From contig JBHGNT010000001.1 of NCBI GenBank assembly GCA_043228905.1, positions 22,258,001 to 22,322,000 on the forward strand: 64,000 nt of DNA, given 5' to 3'. Below, in pieces: positions 1-11,761 of this stretch. Origin of the DNA: Azolla caroliniana (taxonomy: Eukaryota; Plantae; Polypodiophyta). The notes below the pieces were generated by a model. That model was not told where the DNA came from. It saw nothing but the letters and a program-made list of their open reading frames with translations, and made no database searches. Position numbers and translations under genes: made by a program. How positions within the stretch are numbered: the stretch's first letter is position 1; each line of letters opens with the position of its first letter.

Positions 1-540
1 AGAAAGTATTTCCCATTGTCTATAGGAATGTCACGAGGTAATGGCAATATGGGAAAGGGCATTTACGATTGCTATGCCATGCCTCTCGCTCATTTACCCT
101 CAAATGGGGACATGTTTGTTGGAATTGTCTTGATGATGATGTGAAGAAATTTGATAGCACATGCAAAGTAATGTACAGAGGTGAGAATGGAACTATTCGA
201 TGATCACTGATAACATGCCACCTACAGTTAGTGCCCAGAAGCAAAAAATTGGAGATCAGATATGGATGTTGCTTGCACCCATTATCATATGGAGCATATG
301 GACGACAAGATGTACTAGAGTATTTTCAGCAAACAAACGACCTCCAACATAACCTATTAAGCTAATATGACACATTAATAACTACATTGTGGGCACAATA
401 TGAGTGAATTGATGGGACAGATGATGCTTCAGAACTACACCGATGGGCGAATTTCAAAAAACGTTGGTATACTACACCAATGGCTGCAGAAATTGGAATG
501 GATATATTTTAGCAATACGTAGTGCCTGGGTAGTTGTTCC
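1..540 (+). mobile_element. Degenerate LINE (L1-like) ORF2 C-terminal remnant (zf-RVT region)
   Basis: Frame 2 reads ESISHCL*ECHEVMAIWERA, the ExxxHxxxxCxxxxxxW zinc-finger motif. Further on it reads IWMLLAPIIIWSIWTTRCTRVF, matching the L1 WxIWxxRNxxIF motif. Stops are present and the end is approximate. Confidence 0.7.
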
Positions 541-659
541 CTCCAAGATAAGAGACAAATTAACTTACCACTAAAGCCACTACTGAGTGCTGTAAAATTT
601 GTATATTTTCTTTTCATATTCAGTATTTTGTAGGAAATAAACATATAGAAACCGTGGGC

Positions 660-725
660 ACAAAACCATGGTTTTAGCCCATGGTTTTAGCCTGTGGTTT
701 TAGCCCGTGGGTTTAGCCCATGGTT
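660..725. repeat. ~13-bp tandem repeat (CCATGGTTTTAGC) x5 in LTR U3
   Basis: Directly visible, just upstream of the TATA box. Confidence 0.85.
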
Positions 726-1090
726 TTTGCATGGAGAGACCTATAAAAGCCTATAGTTGGGCTTGTGTAAGGGAGGCAAGTGATGTAAGTAAAAAAGAAA
801 CTTTTAATCAAAGATCTGAGTTATCCTAATGGTGATGTATCTTGTCTCGTAAAACTAAAGTCAAGGGTTCTATCTCAATCTCTCTCTCTCTCTCTCTCTT
901 CATGCATCTATCTATCTTCAATATTTTCTTGCTTACGATGCTAAAAACATTGAATCCTTCCGGTCTAGGGCCTCGGTGGTTCCGCTTCATTTTGCGAACA
1001 CGCGAGGATTTCCTCGACATCTTACTTGGTGAACCCGACGTGAAAGAGGCGGTAGGAAGGAGCAAGTCGAGGATCGACCGATACTTGGAG

Positions 1091-2515
1091 ATGGCGTCCT
1101 CAAGCTATCAAGCGGGAGAGTTCGAAAGGATGATGCTAATCGTCGAACAAATGATGAGATCTCGAGACAACGATGCGAGCATGGAGAAGGCTGTCGACCG
1201 TGTCGTGGAGCTCGAGGGTCAATTTGATGGAAGGAACATTACGAAGTTCCTTGATGCATATAGAAGGGAGATGAATAAGAGGGACGTGTCTGAAGCGGGT
1301 CAAATCACAAGTTTCAAGAGAGTGGTTACCAATAACATCCAAAGACGCGTCATCGAGCTTCAAGAAGGCAAGACAACATGGTCCGAATTCGAGAAAGCGA
1401 TATTAGCGGAGATTGTGATGGAAGATTTGTCGAGGATGACTCGACATGTCTTGATGAAGTGGATAGAAAAGAAAAATAAGAAGATGAGTGCCTCGAGGGT
1501 ATATGATGAGTTCAACCAGATGTTTAGTCGTCCCCCTATCACGGACCAAGTGTTGCTTGAGGAGGACAAGACTTTTTACTTCCTGAAAGCTATGGATATG
1601 AAGGATAGATGAGAATTGGGGACTGTCCTTGAAGATGATACCCAAGTGAATGGGCTTGTGACAAACTGGGTTGCGGTGAAGAGAGTGTGCAACAAGATCG
1701 ATAGGCGTAATCAATGGCTTGATGATATTGATTTTGTAAGGTCATACGTAGAAAAAACAAGACCATCTAAAGAAGTTGACCTGCCTAAACAAAGCAACCT
1801 ACATGAAAAGAAGATTGATGATGACTCGAGGATGGAGAATGCCACTTCGAGGGAGGATGTATGTTTCGGAACATGCATCGTGTTCAAAACATCGGATGAT
1901 GAAGGAGCAAGCCTAATCACAACTTGCATCAATGGAGATAAAGAGTGTGAGGCTAGCGTAATTGAGGATCTAGCCACTAAAGATGACATCAAGGAGGTGA
2001 CTATGAACACGACAACAAGCATCGACAATGACCATGGCCAGATTTTTTCTGCACTTGTTTTAGAGACTTGGGCAGTTGCGTCCAAGAACCAACGTGAGAC
2101 CCAAGAGATGGAAGGTGTCGGCGAGGAGTTGAAGGTCGAAATGAATACATGCGACGAAGAGAGAAGCATGATCGAAGCTTGCTCAATCAAGAGGGTCAAT
2201 GGGTACAAGGACCATGAGATTGAAGAGATACCCACGAAAAATGACATCGAGTTAGAGGTGGTTATGGAAGAATTAATGGCAGATGACCGCGTCGAGGATT
2301 CCTTCACACAAGTTTCGGAGACTTGGGCAGTTGCAAAGAGCCAACGTGAGACCCAAGAGATGGAAGCTGGTAGTAAGGGGAAGGACCAAGATGGTGTTCA
2401 CAACATCGAGGCGAAGATAGATATGGATGAGTTGATGGTGAATGATGGCAGTGACAAGACTTTCCCCACACTAGTTCCAGAGACTTGGGCAGTTGCGTCC
2501 GAGAACCAATTATAG
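1091..2515 (+). pseudogene. gag: gag fused in frame to an acidic repeat-containing extension (internal TGA at 1610-1612)
   Basis: ORFs 842..1612 and 1616..2515 share a frame, separated by one TGA (KDR*ELG, compared with RDRKDLG in gypsy-C). Confidence 0.7.
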
Positions 2516-2825
2516 AAGACCCAAGAGATGGAAGGTGGCAACAAGGGGGAGTTCAAATATGATGTGAAAGATGACATCAAGACATAGGTGTTGAAGGCAA
2601 TTGACCAAAAGACAAACGGATTCCTTCGCACATGTTCTAGAGACTTGGGTAGTTGTGGTTCAATGCCAATGTGAGACCCAAGAGACAGAAGATGATGCTG
2701 GGGAAGCGAAGGTCCAAGCTGTTGCAAATAATGATGTTGGGGAGAGGCCGACAAATATATATGGATCTCTCCACACTCATTCCGGAGACTTGGGCATTAA
2801 CTGATGTAAGACCCAAGAGAAGGAT
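2062..2825 (+). repeat. Five dispersed ~50-bp coding repeats (ETWAVAxxxQRETQEME)
   Basis: GAGACTTGGG...GACCCAAGAGA at ~2062, 2318, 2480, 2640 and 2785. Confidence 0.85.
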
Positions 2826-2889
2826 AATGACAACGAAGAAGCAAGGGTTGATGCTGATGTGTGGGAGGAAGAGGTCAAGAAAAGCGTCG

Positions 2890-5264
2890 TGACAAAAGCT
2901 CTTCGCCAACCGACGGTTACAACAGATATGCTTTTTGTATCTCTCACACACACTCTCTTTGTACAATGATAACTACTCACTAATTCACTACAACTACATA
3001 CAGTTATTGCCCTAGTTATATTTATACTTACATAACTTTAGGACTATTTACAAATATGAAGTCAATAGTCACATCATAACATATTTATTGATATGTTCTT
3101 GCTTGTTGTTCACATCGGATCTGAACGGACACCTTTCGGATCAATCTAGTCTAGTTTCTTCCTCTGACTTGTCCGATTCGGTTCTCATCCAGAGGGATCG
3201 GTTTCTCAACAAACTCCCCCTTCACTCCGGCATGGGATGTCTTGTCAACCTGATCTATCTCCGGCACACGTTAAACTTCTCAGCCAACAACACCTTGGTT
3301 AGCATGTCCGACCCGTTCCCCTCTGTGTGGATCTTCGTTAGCGAAAAATCTTTGTCTTCTACCTTCTCCCGGAGCCAATGATATCTCCTCTGAATATGCT
3401 TGGTCCTAGAGTGGTAGGCCGCGTTCTTTGCAACGTGGATGACACTTTGACAGTCGTAGTAGAGCCGGAACTCCTCCCGTCGGATCCCTAACTTTCCGAT
3501 GAAGTCCTTTATCTAGTTTACTTGTCGACTTTTACAGTCGCCAAGTACTCCGCTTCCATTGTCGACAATGCCACGGATTTCTGTAGCCTCGACTGCCACG
3601 ATACCACTCCCCCTGCATAGGTCATGATGTATCCGGACGTAGACCGGTTGGTATCTACATCAACCAACATGTTCGAATCCATAAAACCTTCCAATAGGGG
3701 TTTATTGGAGCCGAACCGGAGGCACATGTTCGAGGTGCCTTTCAGGTACCAGAGGATCCACTTGATGACGGCCCAATGCTCTCTTCCTAGATTTCTCATG
3801 AACCCGTTGACCACTTCGACTGCATATCCGATGACCGGTCGGGTACACACCATTGCGTACATTAGGCTTTCGACTGTTGAGGCATAAGGTACCTTCGTCA
3901 TCTCCACTTTCTCCAACTTTGTGTTTGGGCTTTGGTTTTTGGACAACTTATAGTTTGCCAGAAGTGTCGTTTCGACTGGCTTTGCATCCGCCATCCTGAA
4001 GCTTTGGAGTACCTTCATCACGTACTTCTCATGTGACAACCACAATAGCTTGTCCGTCCGGTCTTGGACTATTTGCATCCCCAATATTTGTTTTGCCGAA
4101 CCCAAATCCTTTTCTTCAGCATCCCAATTTTGATTTGTTCTTGTTCGACGATTAGCATGTTGTCCACATACAACAAGAGTATTAGGAAGTCTCCTCCGTC
4201 GAACTTCTTTATGAACACACAGTGGGTAGCCCGCGTCTTGTGGTATCAATGGTCGGTCATGAAGGAGTCGAACTTCCGGTACCCATTGCCGAGGAGCTTG
4301 CTTTAATCCGTATAATCTCTTCTTCAACCGGCACACGAGGTTCTCCTTCACTTTCTTGATGAATCCTTCCAGTTGCTGTATGTAGATCTCCTCCTCAAGG
4401 TCACCATGCAAGAATGCAGTCTTGACATCTAATTTCTCGACCTCGAGATCCATGCTTGCCGCTATGCTCAACACCGTATGGATGGATGTCATCTTCATAA
4501 CCGTGGCAAAGATGTCGTTGAAATCCACTCCTTTCTTCTGTTGGAAACCAAAGAATGTATGTCGTCGTCTTCAGATGCATTACCTCCTAGGTCATGGCAT
4601 CGATCTTGTCCGATCTTTTATCTCCAAACTATATTGACAACCAAAGATCTTTGACCACTAGCATGTCCCTCATCTTTGACTTCTACACTATATAGTTGGA
4701 GCTGGTGAACATGCCACCAAGTGACTCTTCCATTTTCTTATTTTGTTTGAAGTTTAGAACTTTGCTCTGATACCAATTTGACGAAAATCGCACTCGGCCA
4801 CAACTGACTTTCAAACTCTATTGGAAGATTAACAGAGAATAGGAACAATGCACTTACATAGACAACAAGATGACACAAGATATTTACGTGGAAAACCAAG
4901 AGAGGCAAAACCATGGGAGTTCACAGACTCATAACAGGATCACGATAGGGGAAGTACAACAATGCGAGACTCAAAGGCAATGACCTCGAGCTTTGTTTCC
5001 ACCATCCGGCAATTACAATCTCTCTCTCTCTCTCTATGTACAATGATACTACTAACTAACTCACTACAACTATATACAATCATTGTCCTAGTTATATTTA
5101 TACTCATATCCCTTTAGGGTTATTTACAAATATGACCCCAACAGTCACATCAGAACATATTTACTAATATGTCCCTGCTTCTTATTCACACCGGATCCGG
5201 CCAGATACCTTCCAGATCCATCCGGTCCAGTTTCTTCCTCGAACTCGTAGAGAAAAACCCAACA
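2890..5264 (-). mobile_element. Copia-A (Tnt1/Tork-like) element, internally deleted; 5' LTR 4779-5264, 3' LTR ~2890-3211
   Basis: PBS TGGTATCAGAGC (iMet) at 4764-4775 and PPT at 3212-3222. RT/RNaseH ORF 3518..4528. The gag start is joined directly to RT near 4552. Confidence 0.9.
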
Positions 5265-5973
5265 AAACATGTCCATGGCCAAGTTAACCATGATAAAAAC
5301 ATATCAATAAGCAAAGGCCACATTTGAACCTAACAATAAGAAAAAAGTGATTGCTTGTTGCTCACCCAATATCTTCATGGTCAAGCTAATTTGAGTGCAA
5401 AACATTCCCAGCAATATTCCTATGTAAGAGTTTATGATCTTTTTGTACTTTACACTTATTAATCTAAAACTTTCGTAATGGCACCATTATTGCATTAATT
5501 TGCTTGTCTTTGGTTTTATAGTGTCTACCTCAATTGTAATTTGCTTTAGAAATTGGAAGCCAATCAATTTCTTCGTATTTTTTGCATTGTCAATCATTTT
5601 TCATTTACTTGCGTCCTCTAGCTATGGTTTCAAGATGGCTTATATATCCGACCCTTTTCTTCGTCTAATTCTAAGAGTAACATCAACTTTATCTTAGTTC
5701 ATGCCTCTTCAAATCAAGCATGAGACCTAAAATTCCATAATGGTAATTGTAATGCCTTTTTCCTAAGGGGTTTTAAAGGTGATTTTGAGGTTTTTTCTAA
5801 GGTTTTCTATACCTAATATTTTGCTTTGCAAGGTTTAAGTTGACTCTTGTTCACAACCAAATTGTTGGATATAATAAATATGGCTATAGATAAAGGCTAG
5901 ACCTTAGACATACTATGATATGATATTCACCAAATTCATCATATACTATAATTGATATTTTTATAATCATTAA

Positions 5974-6028
5974 ACAATGAATTTACAATGAATTTACAAT
6001 GAATTTACAATGAATTTACAATGAATTT
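5974..6028. repeat. 11-bp tandem repeat (ACAATGAATTT) x5
   Basis: Directly visible. Confidence 0.95.
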
Positions 6029-6768
6029 CATGAATTTTCCATAAAATTTGATATTAATAATAAAATGTAGTATCTCCTTCTGGATGGATCTCTCATTTCT
6101 CCTTTATCATTTTCTTAGAATTTATGAATTGTTTTTCTTTTACATGTCATGTGATGTTAATGCCTTGGATGGGAGGACAACTATCAATACCAAACTTTAT
6201 AAAACTGATTGAGTGTTTGTATTTCATCACATGAGGAAACTAAATTTTGTGCTTAAAAGAAAAGGCTTTAAAGTAAAAACACTTGTACAACTTCTGAAAG
6301 GGAGCATGATGCTTTGCGGTTTTTTTAAAAGACCAATAATATACTGGCTCATTTACCCAATTGTGGATCAATTTTTTTCAAAAAGGTCGTGTTCACTAGG
6401 TTAACAATTATGATTTTGGTTTAGTAAGATGTATATTACTATCATTGTGAATTGAGAACCCATAAAATAACAGTGATTTAAATGGAAAATGTGTCTATTA
6501 GATGCTTTCGTTCTTAAAAGCAAAGTAAAGAGTGTTCAATGAGCATATCATCTTGTACAAAGTGTTTTGTTGTCTGCTTAACTCCGTCTCTCCCCTCCCT
6601 AGATTCTCTGTGTATACCTAATTGTCTACTATTGTGTGACCAAGCCGACCATGTCTTGTGTACGTGCTTCTGCATACACTATTGTTTTACATGTTATTAG
6701 AGTGTGAGGGTTGAAGATCCTTTGTAGCCAACAAGCACTTCAACATAGACAAGCTTTTGAATCTCCCA

Positions 6769-8044
6769 TGTTGGCCGATTGGATACCCGTAGTTGGACTA
6801 ATGTGGAAAGGAGTCGGTGTCCGAGTCAGACTCGAAAAGTATGACCAGAAGTCGGAAAGCGCATAAATATGAAAGGATAAAATTTAAAGTAATGTTAGGA
6901 AATAGATGGTTTTGTAGGTTCTTGCCAAACATGGTAGGTGGAAATCTTGGAAAAGACTCTCTCAGGTCCTAAAAAAGGAACCCAGAGCATTGTAACAGGA
7001 TCGGTCTATTTTGATTATTATAAGTTGTGGTAGTTAGATTACTTACTGTGTCGACTACTCTATGTTTTCCATTGTTGCTTTGTCGAATTTAGTCTTTGTT
7101 GCACATATTATATTATATCTAATAGTCGATCAGGATCAAATGTCTAATTGTAATAATTAATCATAATAACTGTTAGTAAACAGGTCCCTTCGGATGGGAA
7201 GTGAAAAGAATAGTGATGATGAGCAAACTCGGCCGAGGCCGAAACTAGATGAGGAGTACCCGGCAACGGAAGACCCGGTGAGAGCCGGATGACGAGTACC
7301 CGGCAAGAGCCGGATGGTGAAGACCCGGTGAGAACCGGATGAGGAGTACCCGGTGAGAACCGGATGACGTGTGCCCGACAAGCGCCGGATGATGCAGGTC
7401 CGGTGAGGAGTGCTCACCAGATGAAGGGACATATTCGTAAATATGTTTTTCTGAGAGTCCATTGTGGCTATATTTGTAAATAGCCGAAAAGTCATATTAG
7501 TATAAATATGACTTAGGGCAAACTTAGTATGCGCTATTGTTGTTTTTTTTTAGTCATTCCTTTTGGCGCAAGATTAGAGCGCAACAGTGTACAGAGAGAG
7601 AGAGAGTGAGAGAAAGAGACCAAGAGTTCGTATCTCTGTTGTATCCGCCTCCTGTGGCGAAGACAGTGAACAAGAGGTTGTTGCCTTTGTGTTCATCTAT
7701 TGTATATTGTTACATAGTGATAGTTAGCAGTCAGTGGATTGTCGTGGTTTTTCCCGTGTTTGGGTTTTCAAGGTAAACGTCCTGTGTACTCTTCTCTCCA
7801 TTGTGTCGTGCATTCATTCCCGTTTTTCTGTGTTTGATTCTAAGTTTGGTTGTGGCCGAGTGTTGTTCATCGGGAGCGTGTAGTTCTTGACAATAACTAA
7901 TCTCTGTACACCTATTCACCGTGTGTAGGATTAGTGTGGACTTATCCATCTCTCCACCACAATCTTCTTGACTGAATGTTCAGAGTTGAACGTTCGACCT
8001 ATTGTGTCTGTCGGCTACAACAGTTGGTTACTGGTAGGTTAACA
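6769..8044 (+). mobile_element. Solo LTR of a gypsy-A-related family (split by the copia-A solo LTR)
   Basis: Starts TGTTGGCC and ends ...GGTTAACA, like the gypsy-A LTRs. Flanks CTCCCA/CTCCA form an imperfect TSD. Confidence 0.65.
7171..7892 (+). mobile_element. Copia-A solo LTR with perfect TSD ATAAC
   Basis: TG...CA termini, homology to the LTRs at 33924-34685 and 38762-39628, and ATAAC at 7166-7170 and 7893-7897. Confidence 0.92.
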
Positions 8045-11000
8045 CTCCAGACAAGACAAACAAGAAGATGGATTGAGGAATGCGTAGCTCGCTTCTGATG
8101 GAAAAGCTTGATAGGAGAAACTACGCATCTTGTTCATACAAGATACATTTTGAGAGGCAAGCTCAACATGGGCAGAATCGGTTGAAGAAGTTGAGAGCTG
8201 AATCTGTTGGAGACTGATCAAATACGCCCGAACCGGTTGAAGCAACCGAGAGCCGAATCGAATAGAGGTCGATTCGGGTGTGGCGCGTTGAATGAAATCC
8301 GAAAAGGCCGTTAGGGGCCTATATACCTATTATAGAAAATAGGAATATTATAGGCAAAATTAGAGTCATGCTCATTTATGAGCATTCAAGTACTGATGGT
8401 ACTTGTGTTAGCCCAATTGTCAGGGCTTGTATAAAAAGTGCTCACTGAGCACGTTGTATGTACAGAGTGTTCATTATTTCAAATTGAAGTGTTTTTGTCT
8501 GCTCTCTCTCTCTCTCTCACTGTGTATCTATTCTCTGTGTTTACCTAATTGTCAAGTTCCGAACAATGAACAGTGTACTTGGTGTCCATCGCACACGCTT
8601 CTGCACACAAATTTGCACGAGGGTTGAGAATTATTTGTAGTCGATAGAAAAGAAAGCAAACAAGACAAAGACAAGGTTTCACGTTTTTGGAAAAGAAGAG
8701 ATAGGAACATGGACAGATGAATTGGAAGCTCCCTCCCGACTGAAAAGCTCGACAGGAGAAATTAGGCATATTGGTCGTATGCGATGCACCAATACATACT
8801 CGACCATGGATATTGGAGTTATGTCGAAGGAGCTAATGATGCAGCACCTCAGTCGACACATAGAGATTTGTTGGCCTAGGAATAGGCAACAAGTAGAGTT
8901 TTGTACTACCTCACATATTGTGTGAGCGACCAATTATGGAGCTACATGCGGGATGCCAAAACGTCGAAAGATGCTTGTGGAAATCTAAAGAAGATTTCCA
9001 CCACGAGTGCCACAACCAGAAAGCTCAACTTAGATAGTTGTTGAGCAATGTCTGATAGAGGGATATGTCGGTGGCTAACTACACCTCTAAGATCAAGGAG
9101 GTCTACGACTCCCTCGCCTCCATCAACGTGAACGTCGAGGAGGATGAAATGGTACAGGTTTGCCTTGGAGCGTTGGTGTTGAAGTTTGGAGTATTCCTAA
9201 CGGTAGTCTGGAGGAGGGAGAATACGCCTTCGTTTTTCAAGCTACAATCGATGTGGCTTGTAGAAGAAAACCACTCGGGTGTGTCGACGAGTACGCATCA
9301 ACAACAAGATGTTGTACATGGAGGTAGAGATGCCACGTGGTCGTGGTGGATGAGGATGGTTGGCATTTAATGGAGGCGGTCGACTGGAGAAAAACTCGAG
9401 GCATAATCGAAATGCTGACAACAGTTCCGGATCCTCCACGAGTAGGGGGAATCAAGGTGGCGTCGGAGGTCGGGAAGGAAAGGAGGCGATGGACTATTGG
9501 TATTGTGGCCGGAAGGGCCATGGAGAGAGGGAGTGTTGGAAAAAGGGAGACGATTTGGACAAACATGGATCTAGCCAAGGAGACGAAGATTGGCGTCAGA
9601 GATCACACTATGTTGAAGGCTCGAGGCGAGCCGAAATGGGCGTAGCCTTTGTCATGAAGCATAAAGCCAACTTTATGGTGGTGAATACCTCAAGGTCCAA
9701 TGGGGTGTGGTATGTGGATTCAGGCACATTGAACCACATGATGAATCACAAGAAGTGGTTCTCGACTCTAGAAAAGCCAGAGCAGCGGGTGGTTGTTGAA
9801 ACTAGTAATGACACCCCTCATCCCATTGAACAAATCAGAGATGTCCGTCTCAACCATGTTCGTCAGAGAGAAATAATGAGAAATGTATTGCATGTGCCGA
9901 CAATCACCAAGAACTTGGTGTTGGTTGGACAAATTGTCGACCAAGGCATGCAAGTTCGATTTACTCACCTTGGGTGCTTCATAGAGGAAGAAGGCAAGAA
10001 CATCGCGCAAGGGCGCAGAGATGGGAGGATGTTTATCCTCGCAATCAATGAAGTTGCGATCGCAATGATAATGGAAAAAGGTCGAGTCGGACATCGACCT
10101 ATGGCACAAGTGGTTCGGCCATGTCAACTTCCTGCGGATTCGGGAGATGTAGACAAAAAGCATCATTTTCGGCTACCGAAATTTAGTGGCCGAAACGGCC
10201 AAGCCTGCAAAGTGTGGCAGTTAGGGAAGCATCACCAGCTTCTGTTCCCAAATGAAAGAAATCAGAGACGAAACAAGCTTGATTTAATCCATTCGGATGT
10301 ATGGGGACCAATGCAAAACGTGAGTATCGGTGGAAGTAGTTACTTTGTAACCTTGATCAATGAGTACACTCAACACACTTGGGCATGCTTGATCGAGAAG
10401 AAAAGCAAAGTCTTCTCCTGCATCTTGAAGGTGAAAAGCCTTGCCGAATGGGAGACTGGTCGGAAGATCAAGTGCCTAAGGTCTTATGGCGGAAAAGAGT
10501 ACTTTTCCGACTAGTTCTCTAGCTATCTGCAAAAGGAAAGAATTCAATGTGAATTTTCCTGTAGATACATGCCGCAACAGAACAACGTGGACGAGAGGAA
10601 GAATCGGGCGATAGAGGAAGCAACCAAGCCAATGCTCGAGGAGAAGGATATGCCAAAGTTCTACTTGGCCGAAGCCTTCAGGATATACCTCTAGAATAAG
10701 ACTTCTGCAAATGGAGGAGTGTCGCCACATGAGCTATATATTTCGGAAAGAACCCGAACTTGGCACAATTGAGCGTGTTTGGTAGCATTCCATATGTGCA
10801 TGTGCTGAAGGAAAAGTGGAGGAAGTTAGATGTGAAGGCCGAGAAGTGTATCCTGGACGGCTACTCGAATGAGTAGAAGGGTTATACATGTTATAACCCC
10901 CGACCAAAAGAGGTTTGAGTAAGCTTAGATGTCGTGTTCGATGAGTCGGCTTCTTGGTACTTGCCTCCGCCTCCAACCCCCATCCACTCCATTCCGAATT

Positions 11001-11608
11001 ATGAGGAAGAGGCCAATGAGGCTGAGTTGCCCCTAAATGAAGAGGCAATTAGAGCTCTAGAAAAGAGTCTGATCTCATTTCGGCTAAGCGGTTTGAATGA
11101 GCGACAAAGTCGAAAGGACCAGTCAAATGATGAGCTGGCGAGTTCTGGAGACTCGGCCGTGCAGTCCCCATGCTGGAAACTAAGGAGACAGTTTACGCAC
11201 AAGGAGAAAGGGAAGATGAAGATGCCGGAATACAACAACGAGGACGATACATTGGATTGAAGCGAATCCAACGTGGCCAGGAGTAGAGAGGGACCTCCAA
11301 AAACAAGTTTGAAGTCAACCGAGCAGGCCACGAAATCTGTGAACCAGAAGTTGTCAGAATAAAGCAAGAGATTGAATGATTGAAGGAAGGTATAAGAGAA
11401 TAGAAGAAGAGAGGAGAATGGATTGATAACAGAAGAGCGGGTTTATTAAAATAGAATGAGTACAAGGATGAGTTGGATACAAGGTAGGCTTGGAGATGAA
11501 GACTGGTGTTGATTCGAACTGATTCGATATGATCTATTTGTCTCTAGAATAGCTTAGAGATTTCTAGAATGTTTTGGACCTAGAATATTCTAGGATGTTC
11601 GAGAAGAT

Positions 11609-11641
11609 TTCTAGAATGTTCTAGAAAGTTCTAGAAGTTTC
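11609..11641. promoter_or_regulatory. Heat-shock element array (7 alternating nGAAn pentamers) in the gypsy-B 3' LTR
   Basis: TTCtaGAAtgTTCtaGAAagTTCtaGAAgtTTC. Confidence 0.8.
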
Positions 11642-11686
11642 TCTAATACAATAATCACTATGAAAAGTAGCCTTTATCATTTCACG

Positions 11687-11761
11687 TCTTGATAGGTTAC
11701 CTTAATGGTTAGGCTTCGAATTTCGTAATACGAAGTCCTGGGTTCAAGTCTAGGTGAAGCA
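11687..11761 (+). other. tRNA-like A-box/B-box module in the gypsy-B LTR (second copy ~14712-14787)
   Basis: TACCTTAATGGTTAGG (A box/D arm), CTTCG..CGAAG stem, and CCTGGGTTCAAGTCCAGG (B box/T arm, 5' LTR copy). Confidence 0.65.

Larger units (their letters stand above)
629..2889 (+). mobile_element. Truncated Ty3/gypsy element related to gypsy-C: 5' LTR ~629-1019, PBS(tRNA-Trp) 1027-1044, gag
   Basis: TG..CA-bounded LTR with CCTATAAAA near 741. TGGTGAACCCGACGTGAA is complementary to the plant tRNA-Trp 3' end. Gag (VDRVVELEGQFDGRNITKFLDAYRREM) is homologous to the gypsy-C Gag (VERLVQRIGQFNGNDVSRYLWDYKAEM). Confidence 0.8.
6400..8147 (+). mobile_element. Copia-B fragment 1 (LTR 3' part to 6691, degenerate PBS 6692-6703, gag start), interrupted by nested insertions
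   Basis: TTTTACA-TGTTATTAGAGT-GTGAGGGTTGA matches the PBS/leader of copia-B at 47100-47161 (reverse). Gag start EKLDRRNYASCSYKIH near 8100. Start is approximate. Confidence 0.65.

Noticed and set aside
2062-2825. Repeat-spacer pattern resembling a CRISPR array
   Set aside because: The repeats are degenerate and coding, the spacers are 100-200 bp and uneven, there are no cas genes, and the context is a eukaryotic retroelement.
5265-6400. AT-rich stretch with short ORFs
   Set aside because: No recognisable motif, TIR or TSD.
11687-11761. Genuine tRNA genes
   Set aside because: Acceptor stems and anticodon loops are non-canonical and the segments are embedded in LTRs, so they are reported only as tRNA-like modules.
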